Part shown: positions 1-10,302 of the stretch, one piece after another
Layout of the letters: each line of letters opens with the position of its first letter
How positions within the stretch are numbered: position 1 is the stretch's first letter
NCBI GenBank assembly: GCA_963785235.1
Contig: CAWAUM010000002.1
Location: forward strand, 64,001-128,000
Direction: 5' to 3'
Origin: an uncultured delta proteobacterium
GTDB taxonomy: Bacteria > Desulfobacterota > Desulfomonilia > UBA1062
DNA: 64,000 nt
The notes under the pieces: model-generated
What the model was told of the DNA's origin: nothing
The model's database searches: none
What the model saw: the letters and a program-made list of their open reading frames with translations, nothing else
Program-made: the position numbers and the translations under genes

Positions 1-340
1 TGGCCACGTCACACATGCCGCCCATGATCCTCATGGCCTGCAGTGATATGGCTTCCAGACCGGAGGCGCAGAACCTGTTGACCGTAGCGCCGCAGGTATC
101 ATCCGGGAACCCTGACATCTGGGCGATGATGCGACCGATGTTGAGCCCCTGCTCTGCCTCGGGGAATGCACAACCGACCAATATATCTTCCACGTCCTTC
201 TTCTCTATGCCCTTGGCCCTCTCCATAAGACCGTTGAGTGCGGTCTTCAAGAGATCTTCAGGGCGAGTAAAGGCTAAGGCGCCTCTGCCCCTTCTGCACC
301 CGGGAATCCTTACTGACTGTACGATATATGCTTCTCTCAT
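1..340 (-). CDS. Acetyl-CoA C-acyltransferase (thiolase), N-terminal part; runs off the window edge
   Basis: Manual translation from ATG 340 gives MREAYIVQSVRIPGCRRG...GCAFPEAEQGLNIGR...TVNRFCASGLEAI (thiolase catalytic-Cys motif). AGGAGG RBS upstream. Follows the HAD/ECH gene. Confidence 0.92.
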   Translation of the reverse strand, partial: MREAYIVQSVRIPGCRRGRGALAFTRPEDLLKTALNGLMERAKGIEKKDVEDILVGCAFPEAEQGLNIGRIIAQMSGFPDDTCGATVNRFCASGLEAISLQAMRIMGGMCDVA

Positions 341-374
341 TGGTTTCCTCCTAGTTCTTTCTCGTGTTTTCCGA

Positions 375-2777
375 TTACAGGAACAACGGTTTGCCTGTGG
401 TCATGATGTTCTCGGCCATCTTCTGGGTGTTTTCGGTCTTCCACAGATCGACAAACGCCTCTCTTTCGAGCGTCATGAGGTGCTCTTCGCTGACCGCTGT
501 TCCGCATGGCACATCACCGCCGGACATACAGACCGCAATCTTCTTGGCGATGAATTCCATGTGAGGCGTGATGTATCCGCCGCCCTTCATGTTGTTCATC
601 TCGGCCCAGATCATACCCTGGGCCTCGCGTCCGAAGACCGGGATGTTCTTCTTGATGGGCGGGGCATAGCCGTCATCCACCATCTTGAGGACTTCCTTTT
701 TGGCCTCGCCGATGAGGTTGTCGCGGTTCATGACGATGCGGTCTGCGGCACCGAGGAATCCTCTGGTTCTGGCCTGCTCGGCCGAGTTGGAAACCTTTGC
801 CTGTGCCACTGCCATGAACGCGTTGATGAAGAATCCGCCGTAATCGGTAACCTTGTAATCTTCGGGCTTGGAAGTGATGATCTTCCTCCAGAGGTTGATC
901 ATGCCGCAGCCGCCCGGGACCAGACCTGCGCCGATCTCCACCAGACCCATGAACAGGTCGGAATGGGCCACGATCCTGTCGGCGGACAGACAGATCTCAC
1001 AGCCGCCGCCCAGGGCGAGTCCATAGGGTGCTGCAACCACGGGGTACTTGCTGTAGCGGGTACCCATGATACCGGTATGGACGTTTTTAATGAAGGAGTC
1101 GATTTCGTCGAACTTCCCTGCCTTGGCAAGGCCCAGCATGAATGCCAGGTCTCCGCCTGCGGAGAATGCACCCGGCATGCCGCCTGCCTGGTTGCCGATG
1201 ACCATACCGAGGCCGTTGACCGCGACATACTCGCCGGCCTTCTGCATGAATTCCACCATCTCCTTGTTGATGGCGTTCATCTTGGAATGGAACTCGAGGC
1301 AGAGCACGCCGTCACCGATGTCGATGAGGGAGCAGGAACCCGAGGTGAGAACCACTTTCTTCTCGGCCTTGAAGTTGTTGAGATCCAGGGCCTTGGGGCT
1401 CGTCTTCACCTCTTTGTAGCCCTCGGCAGCGAAGTCGTAAAACATCTTCTTGCCCTTTTCGAGCTTGTAGAAGGAGGCAGCGCCTTTCTTGATCATCTTC
1501 TTGACGTTCTCGGGGACCTTGAGGCCGGCCTTTTCCATCTTTGCCACGGAGTCCTTCACGCCGATGGCGTCCCAGGTCTCAAAGGGACCCATCTCAAAGT
1601 TGTAGCCCCACTTCATGGCGTTGTCGATCTCGACTACGGTGTCGGAGATCTCGGGGATACGGTTGGCTGCATAAATGAGTGAGGAAGCAAGTACCTTCCA
1701 AGCAAACGTGGCACCCTTGTCGTCGCCGGAGATGACGGCCTTGATCTTTTCGGGAAGGGTCTTGGCCTTTTTTGCTGCATCGATACAGGGGAAGCTGACC
1801 TTGTCGTAGGTCTCGTACTCGCCGGTCTTAGGATTGATGACCTTCTTGATCCTCTTCCAATCGATGATTTCCTTCTTATAGAATCCGGCCTTTGTCTTGT
1901 TGCCGAGCAGCTTCTTGTCGAGCATTGCCTGGAGGAAATCAGGAAGCTTGAATACGTCCCTCTGCTCGTCATCGGTGCAGAGGTCGTAGGTGTTCTTCAT
2001 GACGTGGGTCATGGTGTCCAGGCCGACCAGGTCGCTTGTGGCGAAGATGGCGGTCTTGGGGCGCCCAAGGGGTGCGCCGAAGATTGCGTCTACCTCGGGA
2101 ATGGTGAGTCCCTCTTCAAGCATGGCCTTCATGGTCGCGCCGATGCCCTGGATGCCGATGCGGTTGCCGATGAAGTTCGGTGTGTCCTTGGCCCAGACGA
2201 TTCCCTTTCCAAGCCTGCTCTCGCCGAACTCAGCAACAAAATCCAGAACCTCTTTCTTGGTGGACTCGCCGGGGATGATCTCCAACAGGTGCATGTAACG
2301 GACCGGGTTGAAGAAGTGCGTGCCCAGGAAGTGCTCCTTGAAGCCCTTGCTGAGACCCTCGGACATGGCCTTGAGCGGGATACCTGAGGTGTTGGAGGAT
2401 ACAATGGCGTCCGGCTTACGGATCTTGTCGATGCGTGCGAACAACTGCTGCTTGATGTCCAGTCTCTCGACGACCACCTCGATGATCCAGTCGCACTCGG
2501 CCAGCTTGTCGAAATCGTCTTCCAGGTTGCCGGTGGAGATACGCATTGCATGATCCTTGTTGTAGAAGAGCGGCGGTTTCGCCTTCATGGCACCTTCCAG
2601 ACCCATGGTGACGATCCGGTTCCTGGCCTTTTTATCCTTCTTCTCTTCTTCCTTCAGGTCGAATGGAACGATGTCGAGCAGGAGCATGTCCACGCCTGCA
2701 GCGGCGAGGAGCGCTGCGATGCCGCCTCCCATGATTCCAGACCCGATAACCGCGGCCTTATTGATTCTCCTGACCAT
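375..2777 (-). CDS. 3-hydroxyacyl-CoA dehydrogenase / enoyl-CoA hydratase fusion (FadN-like, HAD N-terminal, ECH C-terminal)
   Basis: GSGIMGGGIA Rossmann motif, SSNTSG, HFFNPVRYM, and crotonase motifs AFSAGGDL / ALGGGCE / GLVEIGAGL. Start set at MVRRINK after GGAGGG. Confidence 0.93.
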   Translation of the reverse strand: MVRRINKAAVIGSGIMGGGIAALLAAAGVDMLLLDIVPFDLKEEEKKDKKARNRIVTMGLEGAMKAKPPLFYNKDHAMRISTGNLEDDFDKLAECDWIIEVVVERLDIKQQLFARIDKIRKPDAIVSSNTSGIPLKAMSEGLSKGFKEHFLGTHFFNPVRYMHLLEIIPGESTKKEVLDFVAEFGESRLGKGIVWAKDTPNFIGNRIGIQGIGATMKAMLEEGLTIPEVDAIFGAPLGRPKTAIFATSDLVGLDTMTHVMKNTYDLCTDDEQRDVFKLPDFLQAMLDKKLLGNKTKAGFYKKEIIDWKRIKKVINPKTGEYETYDKVSFPCIDAAKKAKTLPEKIKAVISGDDKGATFAWKVLASSLIYAANRIPEISDTVVEIDNAMKWGYNFEMGPFETWDAIGVKDSVAKMEKAGLKVPENVKKMIKKGAASFYKLEKGKKMFYDFAAEGYKEVKTSPKALDLNNFKAEKKVVLTSGSCSLIDIGDGVLCLEFHSKMNAINKEMVEFMQKAGEYVAVNGLGMVIGNQAGGMPGAFSAGGDLAFMLGLAKAGKFDEIDSFIKNVHTGIMGTRYSKYPVVAAPYGLALGGGCEICLSADRIVAHSDLFMGLVEIGAGLVPGGCGMINLWRKIITSKPEDYKVTDYGGFFINAFMAVAQAKVSNSAEQARTRGFLGAADRIVMNRDNLIGEAKKEVLKMVDDGYAPPIKKNIPVFGREAQGMIWAEMNNMKGGGYITPHMEFIAKKIAVCMSGGDVPCGTAVSEEHLMTLEREAFVDLWKTENTQKMAENIMTTGKPLFL

Positions 2778-2839
2778 TATACCCTCCTCTGTTTTGTGTT
2801 TGTTGTTTATCTGAGTAAGTGAAAACTGAATCAACCTTC

Positions 2840-2868
2840 AATTTATACCTGAAATAAGATTTAGTCAA
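2840..2868 (-). promoter_or_regulatory. Putative sigma70 promoter for the FadN-like/thiolase operon
   Basis: Minus strand TTGACT-17 nt-TAAATT upstream of 2777. Confidence 0.4.
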
Positions 2869-3005
2869 CAAAACAGATGTGGATGAGCAAAGTTTTTTTC
2901 GAGGTATTTAATGGAAGAATCAATGGGACCTTCATACTGCATATGAGAAAAATCAAGGATCGAGAGCAACTCATCTTGGCTAGACATTTAAAAAAGATGT
3001 CGAAG

Positions 3006-3846
3006 TTATCTGGCTTGGGCCGCCTCTTTATCACGCTGGAATATTCTTGCGCCGGTCAATTTTTGGAGACCCACGGGAAATAGTCGCTTGAGCCAGTCGT
3101 ATAAATATGAATCAGGTCCAACCATGATCCGTAGCTTATCTTTTTTAATCCCTTCAATGATAATACGTGCTGCTTTCACAGCCGTTGTCCCGGCCAGCCT
3201 GTCAAAGATTGCCACAATATCATCCCTTCCCACGGAATGATCGGATGACTTATAGTACTTTGCGTTACGGACAATGTTCGTCTTGATCCCGCCGGGATGT
3301 ACGCAGCTCACAATAATCCGGCTGCCGCGAAGCTCTTGAAAGAGCGTCTCGGTAAAACCTCTGACCGCGAACTTGGCAGTACAGTATGCACCATTATTGG
3401 GATTGGTAAAGATCCCGTTTACGCTGCTGATGTTTACGATATGTCCTTGGGGTTGTATTTTCAGATAGGGGAGAAACTCCTTACATCCATAGACCACACC
3501 CCACAGGTTTATATCCATAAGCCACTTGAAATCCTTATATGAAATATCCTCAAGGGTCTCCATTACGACAACCCGGCATTATTTATTACCAGGTGTACAG
3601 CCCGTGGATATTTACCACTTCCTCTGCATAGCGCTTGACCTGCTCCTGCACAGAAACATCCACTATATGGGTGGTTACCCTGACATTCCGGGAGCCTATC
3701 ATATTGGCGGTCTCTTTGAGGCCCGCTTCATCCACATCCGAGATGGCCACATGACAACCTTCATCAGCAAGAGTATTTGCCAATGCCCTCCCGATGCCCG
3801 ATGCCGCGCCAGTGATGGCTGCAACCTTGCCGACTAGATCCTTCAT
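3006..3846 (-). CDS. Short-chain dehydrogenase/reductase (SDR), split by about 2 frameshifts near 3570-3600
   Basis: TGAASGIG in ORF 3586-3846, INNAG in an intermediate frame, NISS and YCTAK (YxxxK) in ORF 3006-3563. Confidence 0.88.
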
Positions 3847-4097
3847 AACACACCCCTTTCATCCAATAGGATCAGCATACTCAACCATATCATGTGGTGT
3901 TGCTTCATATGGAAGTCTTACAGGACGCGATTAAGGCAGAATTAAATTTTTAAAAAACTTACCCCGCAAGACCCTTTTCAATGGGATATAAAACTGATTG
4001 TGTAGGGAGTGTGGAAAAGTTAGAAAACTGCCCCGCCCCGAGAAAGGGCGGTGATTGGTTAAAGGAAATATGACCCGCAGGGTCATGTTTCCAAGGA

Positions 4098-4130
4098 GGG
4101 TATACAACTATGCCTTAAGGCCTATACCCC
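4098..4130 (-). terminator. Hairpin directly after the stop of the small basic protein
   Basis: GGGTATA...TATACCC inverted repeat. A second GC stem (CCGCCC...GGGCGG) lies at about 4032-4050. Confidence 0.4.
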
Positions 4131-4322
4131 TTATTCTTCTATACGCGGCTGCGGACCAGGAACAATGCCAGCGAGATCCGGGTCTTCCTCATTTAACAAA
4201 GGATCCTTGTTGTCCTTGAGGTCTTTGCGTTCGATCTTCTTGGCGTCCTTGGCAATCCTCTTGCGCCTCTTTGCCTCTTCGCGTTCCTTCTTTTTAAAGG
4301 TGTTCGTTGATCTGTTAGCCAT
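4131..4322 (-). CDS. Small (63 aa) Lys/Arg-rich hypothetical protein
   Basis: GGGAGG RBS then MANRSTNTFKKKEREEAKRRKRIAK...EDPDLAGIVPGPQP. Confidence 0.75.
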   Translation of the reverse strand: MANRSTNTFKKKEREEAKRRKRIAKDAKKIERKDLKDNKDPLLNEEDPDLAGIVPGPQPRIEE

Positions 4323-4773
4323 GTATACCTCCCGGCTTGATGCCTGTGAGACCTGGTCCGGTCGAACCATGCCGCCGAGGCTTATTGCTGGGAACGAACT
4401 CGTCTGTGTCCCAGGTAGCTTCAGGGGTGGGTCATGTCCCTCCCCGGTTTTTCATTCTATGAGGATGCTGTTAACATCTTGCATTATTCTCCAGCCTCGT
4501 AAAGTCCTTTTAACGCTGCTGAAGAAATCCTAAGAACTGAAGATATCGACGATGAAATGTTGACTTGGGGGAGCCGTACAGAAGGTGTTCTTCGCAGGTC
4601 AAAACTCAAGTCGAATATATTCTTTTCAGATGTACGATATCCGTAGTTCACAACTAGGCCAGTGTCAAGGGTTAAATAGACGATAAAGAAGCAAACTCAA
4701 CCCATCTGAGATGAACTTTCAGTGCAGCCTAATGCACATTCATACTCATCAGAAGAAAGGAATAAAGGCCTTT

Positions 4774-5834
4774 TCAAAGTCGCTTCTTCTCGGCGCTCAT
4801 GAGGGTAAAGGTTTCGAAGACCGTCTCCGGGGGGGTGTAGACCTTTTCTGCAGCCTTTTTCAAGAGGACAAGCGCCCCGGTTGGGCAGGTGGTCACACAC
4901 AGACCGCACCCGAGGCAGCGCTGCGCCATGTACTGAATCTTATCATCCTTGAGCCGTAAAGGCGCCAACGGGACAGCGGGAAACACACACACCACAGTCA
5001 GTACAGAGCGTCTCATCCAAGGAGCAGACATAGTTACTCTTAACCTCTCTGGCCGGTGCAGGGAAGAGCTTGAGCGAGATAAGCATGCCGCAGCAGCAGG
5101 AACAGCAGGAGCACATGGCCTCCACCTTCTGTGAATTCAGGATATGTATGACCAGGCCTTCTTGTTCATTTCGTTTCAGAATGGAGAGTGCCTCGTCCGT
5201 GCTGATGTAGCGGGCCATGCCGTTTTCCACATAGTAATCCGCAAAGGAATCGAACTGGATGCAGGTCTCCAAAGGGTGGGAACAGGTCTTGCCGTACATG
5301 GCCACTGCCTTTCGGCAGAAGCATCGGCAACGGCAATACGCGACTTTGTCCTGATGATGGCAGCGGCATCATCATAGGGTGCAATAGGCCCATCTGGGGT
5401 GATATCGGCATTGATGGGGATGGACCGCAGGTGTGGGGTTTTAAGCCCATGGAAGGTGGCGCCAAGGCCGGTGAGGTAATATTCGGAAATATCTTTGAGA
5501 AGCTCAGGGCTCAGGTTGTTCAGCTGGAATTCGTATATGCCCACAATGAACGGAATGGGGAAGTACCTGACCCTTTCTCCTTCGCGAAGCCTGAAGATAA
5601 GGCCCTTCACTGCCATGTCTTCCAGCTTAGAGCAAGAGAGGAAGGGTCTGATTGGACACGTGAGGCTACTTCATCTACGGTTTCAGGCATGAGAGCCATG
5701 GCGAGAAACAATTCTGCTTCATCCTCAGAGAAAAGCTGTTTTAATATCCTTATTTCCGCCCCGCTTGTCGTGGCAGGATATCCGGTCGCCATCTCATCAA
5801 GCCTGTCTCGCAACCTGTCATAGATATCGGGCAT
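4774..5834 (-). CDS. 4Fe-4S cluster-binding protein (polyferredoxin-type), 3 frameshifts
   Basis: Fragments join into one protein with CFC, MCSCCSCCC, CTDCGVCVSRCP and CLGCGLCVTTCP motifs. Frame breaks near 5630, 5320 and 4960. Confidence 0.85.
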
Positions 5835-5964
5835 GTCTTCTGATCCTCTCTTCCATAGGATTACCAGACATCATAACAATCGAAAGGGGGTTACTATGAA
5901 AAAATGACGCAAGCTTTCAGATAAAGGATGGGACTCATCCAGATTCCATTATCCACTTCTGGTG

Positions 5965-8612
5965 CTAAGGTTTCTTGGGGAGTGGTAATGTACCGATACG
6001 GTAGATGCCCTCTGTCCCCTCAGGGATTTGAAAGGCTACAACACCCAATCCTGATGATTCATAAGGTCTTATCTCATAGTTCCCTGGTTTCAGGCCCAGC
6101 AGTTGGAACTGGCCCTTCCGGCTGGTGAATGTCCTGAGAGACTCAGCTTTCTTATCGTTCAGGGATACAATCTCGACAGGCTGGTGCCCGAAGGGCTCTC
6201 CGCTGGCTCCATCAACAAGGCTTCCGATGACAACAACCTTGGAATCCGAGCCAATATAGAGCGCATATCCTGATTTATATGTTGGGAACAGGGTGAAGTT
6301 TGGCTTTTCAACAAGGTAGCCCGCTGGAGGGTCCATAGGCTGTATCTCTATCTTCTTTATATTATATGGAGAGAGAGAAGGGAGAACAGCCGGGCCGTAT
6401 CTGCTCGACACAGCTTGATATCCATCGGAGCTGGGGTTGATGGCAATCTGGGAATCTTCAAGATTCTTGATCCCTTTCACCAGTACGAACCCTTGGCTCA
6501 CAGGCCGGGATACGGCCCAGTTCCCGTCCACATACACAAGGGCGCTCTGGAGGGTGATGGCAGATTGATTCATGATGCCCTTATCATCATGCCTGTCCGG
6601 GTTATAAAGATCTTGCGAAAACTCAATAATGCCCCGGTTCCCGACATATCCCGCCTTTGCCTCGTATTGATCCAGCGTAGAACTCCGGTTCGCAGAGACG
6701 TGGGCATAGGTCCTTTCAGGCACGGAGGATAACTGATTATAATCCCACTGCATGCCGATATTCCCGCCTGAAGCCATGCTGAGGGATGCGCTCTGGTTCT
6801 GGTTTGGAAACATCCAGACCAGCCCGAAGAAGACATTCGTATTCGTTCGCCCCTCCTGGTCGCGGTTGTATTGCACGGCGAGGTTGCTGCTCAGGTTTGT
6901 AAACCAGGTTCGGCTTATTCCCCCGGAGAGATTATATCGGTTTGGCACACCATGCTCCCAAACGAATGTATACCCGGCTCCGATGCTTGAAGAGAAACCA
7001 TAACCCAGCGGGATAATGATGTAGCTCGATAGGCTCAATGATGCAGCATCATCGGGGATGGGATTGGTGATACGGGTGAAGCCTTCCCCGAGGTATTCCA
7101 GCCCGAGCTGCCAGCTTGGATCAGAGCCGGAATGGCTTGGCTTGGGCTTGTGGGTAAAGGTGAATTTGCTCGCCAGACCACGACCCTCATTCTTCGCAGC
7201 ACTCAGGGCCGTATCAAAAGAGATTACACCCAGGGGCAGTGAATATATCCCTTCGAACCCTGCCAACCCCTGATCATGAAGCCCTGCACGTATCCGCATA
7301 TGGTAAAGATCGCTGTGCCCTTTTCAATAAGGATATCACAGGCTCATCAGGAGAATACCTGTAGGTGTTCTCCTGAGTCATGCTGCGGAACCCTAAGTTA
7401 TATGAGAACTGTGAGAGCCCAGAGGCCAAAAGAGATGTCTCCAGGATGAATGAAAACCGCAGGACCTGAACCCTGCCGTAGATATCTGTAATGACTATCC
7501 TCACATCGTTTTGCCCGTTGGAGAAGGGGAAATCCCTGATATCATGAGTACCTGGGGTAAGGCGCAAGGTACCTGTGAGGGTCTCATTCACCCAAACATC
7601 CACGGTTGCCGAGGTATCAAGATAGAATTCAAACTGGCTCACCGGGTAGGCATTGATATAGGGTTGGAGGGAGAAATCCCTGGAAGCGCCTATGCCGCCC
7701 ATGTTTATCGTCGACTGATATCCCACTATAGGGTAGACCAGATCTCCGGCGCTATACCTTACGAGATCTTTCGAGTTATCATAGACAAGCCTCGTGTAAC
7801 CGCGCTGCAGGGGATGGTCAAAGGATTCCAGGTATGAAGGCGACCCTTCCAGCACAAGACCTTTCCAGTTCCATGCACTGTCAAAATCTACAACCATAAG
7901 GACCCCGGTGTTCATTATCGATACCCGAATGCTGAGGGTATCGCCAGCGTTCTTTGGCGCTCATATTCACATAACCGGAGAATGCATTCGGGCGTAGCGC
8001 ATCAACTGATGCAGGGTCTATCCTGATCCCGGTTATGTGGTGAATCTGAATGCCCTGCAGATCATCAGGAACTAAAATTGACAGCATAAATCTTTTCACA
8101 TCGAATGCCGCGGTGAGCCCTTCTTCTTCAAGCACTCCTTTGGAAAGCATCCCTCGAGAATCGACCTTTTCCCCAAGTTCTTTGAGTATCTCAGGCTTGA
8201 GGATATCGGACAGACAAGACAGCACATATGCTCCTGGGAAAAAGAATTCTCTGCGGTCTTCAGAAAAGCTCATGCTGATCTTTCCGCAGCTTTTCCCTGT
8301 ACGATAAGAGGGACGATCATCTCCAGGGGCAGTTTCGGGGGAGGTTTTTTAAAGACCTCTATAAAAAGCTCATCGCGGGTTTGGGGTGTGGGTGTCTGGT
8401 TCAGACGCGGGTGCCGGGGATGGTGTTTCAGCAGCAGGAGCAGAGGATTTGGTTCGAAAGGTCGGATCGGCTGGATCAAAGGCCCAAACATAAGAAATGC
8501 TCAGGACACAGAAAAATACTATGCAGAGAAGGCATTTTGCAATCCCGGCATCCCTGACAACTCCACGTGACATAGTCCCTTGTGCTTTTTGATGTTTTCT
8601 TATCGCTTTCAC
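5965..8612 (-). CDS. Fimbrial outer-membrane usher, several frameshifts
   Basis: ORFs 8370-8612, 8270-8491, 7881-8273, 7274-7915 and 5965-7299 are collinear. Signal-like N-terminus, YSAGDL, plug-like ATVDVWVN...GQNDVRIVITDIYGR, GLSQFSYNLG, beta-barrel strands. Confidence 0.85.
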
Positions 8613-8618
8613 GGCCCT

Positions 8619-9420
8619 CTACTCAAAGGTAACGGTTACCTTCACAGGCCCGACAGGTACCGATTCCGGCCATGGCAATACGCATCGGCGGCGATATCCG
8701 GCATAAAGACTGTGTGTTGTTTGGTCTTTCGGCAATGGCGGCTTATAGGTGACTGGCCTTATCGACATATCAGCTTGCTCACCCTTGAACAGGGGCAACG
8801 ATAAGACTCATTCCAGTAAGTTTTTGACGAGCAGAGCCTCTGATTGAATAACACTCAGAATCATATGGGGCTTCCCCGCCTCATCCATCTCGACATTTGC
8901 CGATTCAACAACAACATCAGGTGTTACCTTGTGGGGACGTACAAAGATCAATCCTTCATACCGAACCAAGGTTCTTACTTCTAAACGGACTTTATCTTTA
9001 ATTTCTTCATCGTCTTTTTTCGATTTCAGATCGATAGGCACATTTTCGGCAATAAAACTGTAGACAAGCTCTTTGTCAGGGAGAGCACTGCCTGCCCACT
9101 GGATGTACACCATCTGAACTTCACCCGGATAATAGGATCATCTGGGCAGGGTACATCACGAAATTTTCATCCGTCTCATCAGATGAATGGGATACACGGC
9201 CTGAGATATCCATCTCTCTCTTTACAACACGCATCTCAATGGCTATGGGCAGATCATTGTCTCCCAAGTGCGAAACAGAGACCCAGGCTTGAGATTTTCT
9301 GCCGGTAGGCTCAAGGGTGATGATCTGAGGAGAAACTGAAAAACTCGCATGTGCCTGAGATAATGGCACGAGTATTGAAAGAATCCCCATACATAGAATT
9401 AAAAAAAACTTTAATATCAT
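8619..9420 (-). CDS. Periplasmic pilus chaperone (PapD/CsuC-like), frameshifted
   Basis: Signal peptide ending AHA, FSVSPQIITL, FVMYPAQMIL, YSFIAENVP, RYEGLIFVRP. Last frame ends PVKVTVTFE* at 8619. Confidence 0.8.
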
Positions 9421-9445
9421 CGCATCTCGTTAATCCACAAATAGA

Positions 9446-9464
9446 AGGGGGAACAATGCCCCCT
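9446..9464 (-). terminator. Stem-loop between pilin and chaperone genes
   Basis: AGGGGG-AACAATG-CCCCCT inverted repeat in the intergenic gap. Confidence 0.4.
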
Positions 9465-9485
9465 GCTCTTTGTTTATTGAAAGAC

Positions 9486-10048
9486 CTAGCTTCCATCACC
9501 TACGGTGAGCGTCGCAGTGAGTGTTTCTTGGTAAGTCCCCTGCAGAAGCCTGGTATCGGCAGCCCAGTCAGCCTTGACTATCCACCTGATAGCCCACGGT
9601 TGCTGTGCTCTGCTTCGCGCTGTGTATCCCAGGTGTAGGAGGCCGGGCCGCTCCCTGATAAGGTAAAGGTCGCCGGCAGGGGAAGAAAGGCCCGCACCAA
9701 GGGTGCCAGAGCCGGATTAATCTGAATTGAGTGATCGGTATTACGGCACCTACGCCTGAGACAACAGTTATACCATCTCCAGCAGCCGCAACCCTTGTAA
9801 AGACACCATCATTCGTGAAGTCAAGCTTGAGATCAAAGGCGTTCTCGTAGTTGTTATCAATGGTGATGGTGGCAATAGTCACGTCGTTTCCAAGCGCTGC
9901 TGAAAGCAAGGGTTGTCACAGCTGTGGGGCTGCTGATTGTATTGACCGCGGTGACAGTGCCCTCGGGCACTAAAACAGCTGCCAGGCAGATCCCCGCGAA
10001 GGCAAGGCAAAAGGCCGATGCTACGATAATAACTTTTAATACCTTCAT
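9486..10048 (-). CDS. Major pilus subunit (Csu/spore-coat-U-like pilin), frameshifted
   Basis: Signal peptide MKVLKVIIVASAFCLAFAGICLA, Thr/Ala/Val-rich mature part, C-terminal LLQGTYQETLTATLTV strand. First gene before chaperone and usher. Confidence 0.7.
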
Positions 10049-10302
10049 AATTCTTACCCCCTTATGGGTGTATTGGTCTCGCGATGTCCGCCGAAACGCA
10101 TTTTTCTTTGATTCTATTGAGACTTATCGGTTATAATTGTATTTTACTGAATGAAATCCTTAACGTGATCATCTTTTGAGGGATGTTTGAGGATGGATTT
10201 TTGAGGATGTGAGATCAGGTGCATTCTTTGTCTTGATCTTTTCAATCCACAGTATATCTTAATAAAATAACCATATTTGTATTGATTGAAGGGAGAATCT
10301 GT

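Noticed and set aside
15-1682. 555-aa plus-strand ORF (and similar ones at 13818-14969, 15726-16619, 34637-35776 and, on the minus strand, 60696-61553)
   Set aside because: These are antisense shadows of well-supported genes. They have no motifs and are expected from GC-biased codon usage.
4774-5834. Selenocysteine or stop-codon readthrough in the Fe-S protein
   Set aside because: The breaks are frame changes, not in-frame TGA codons at Cys positions.
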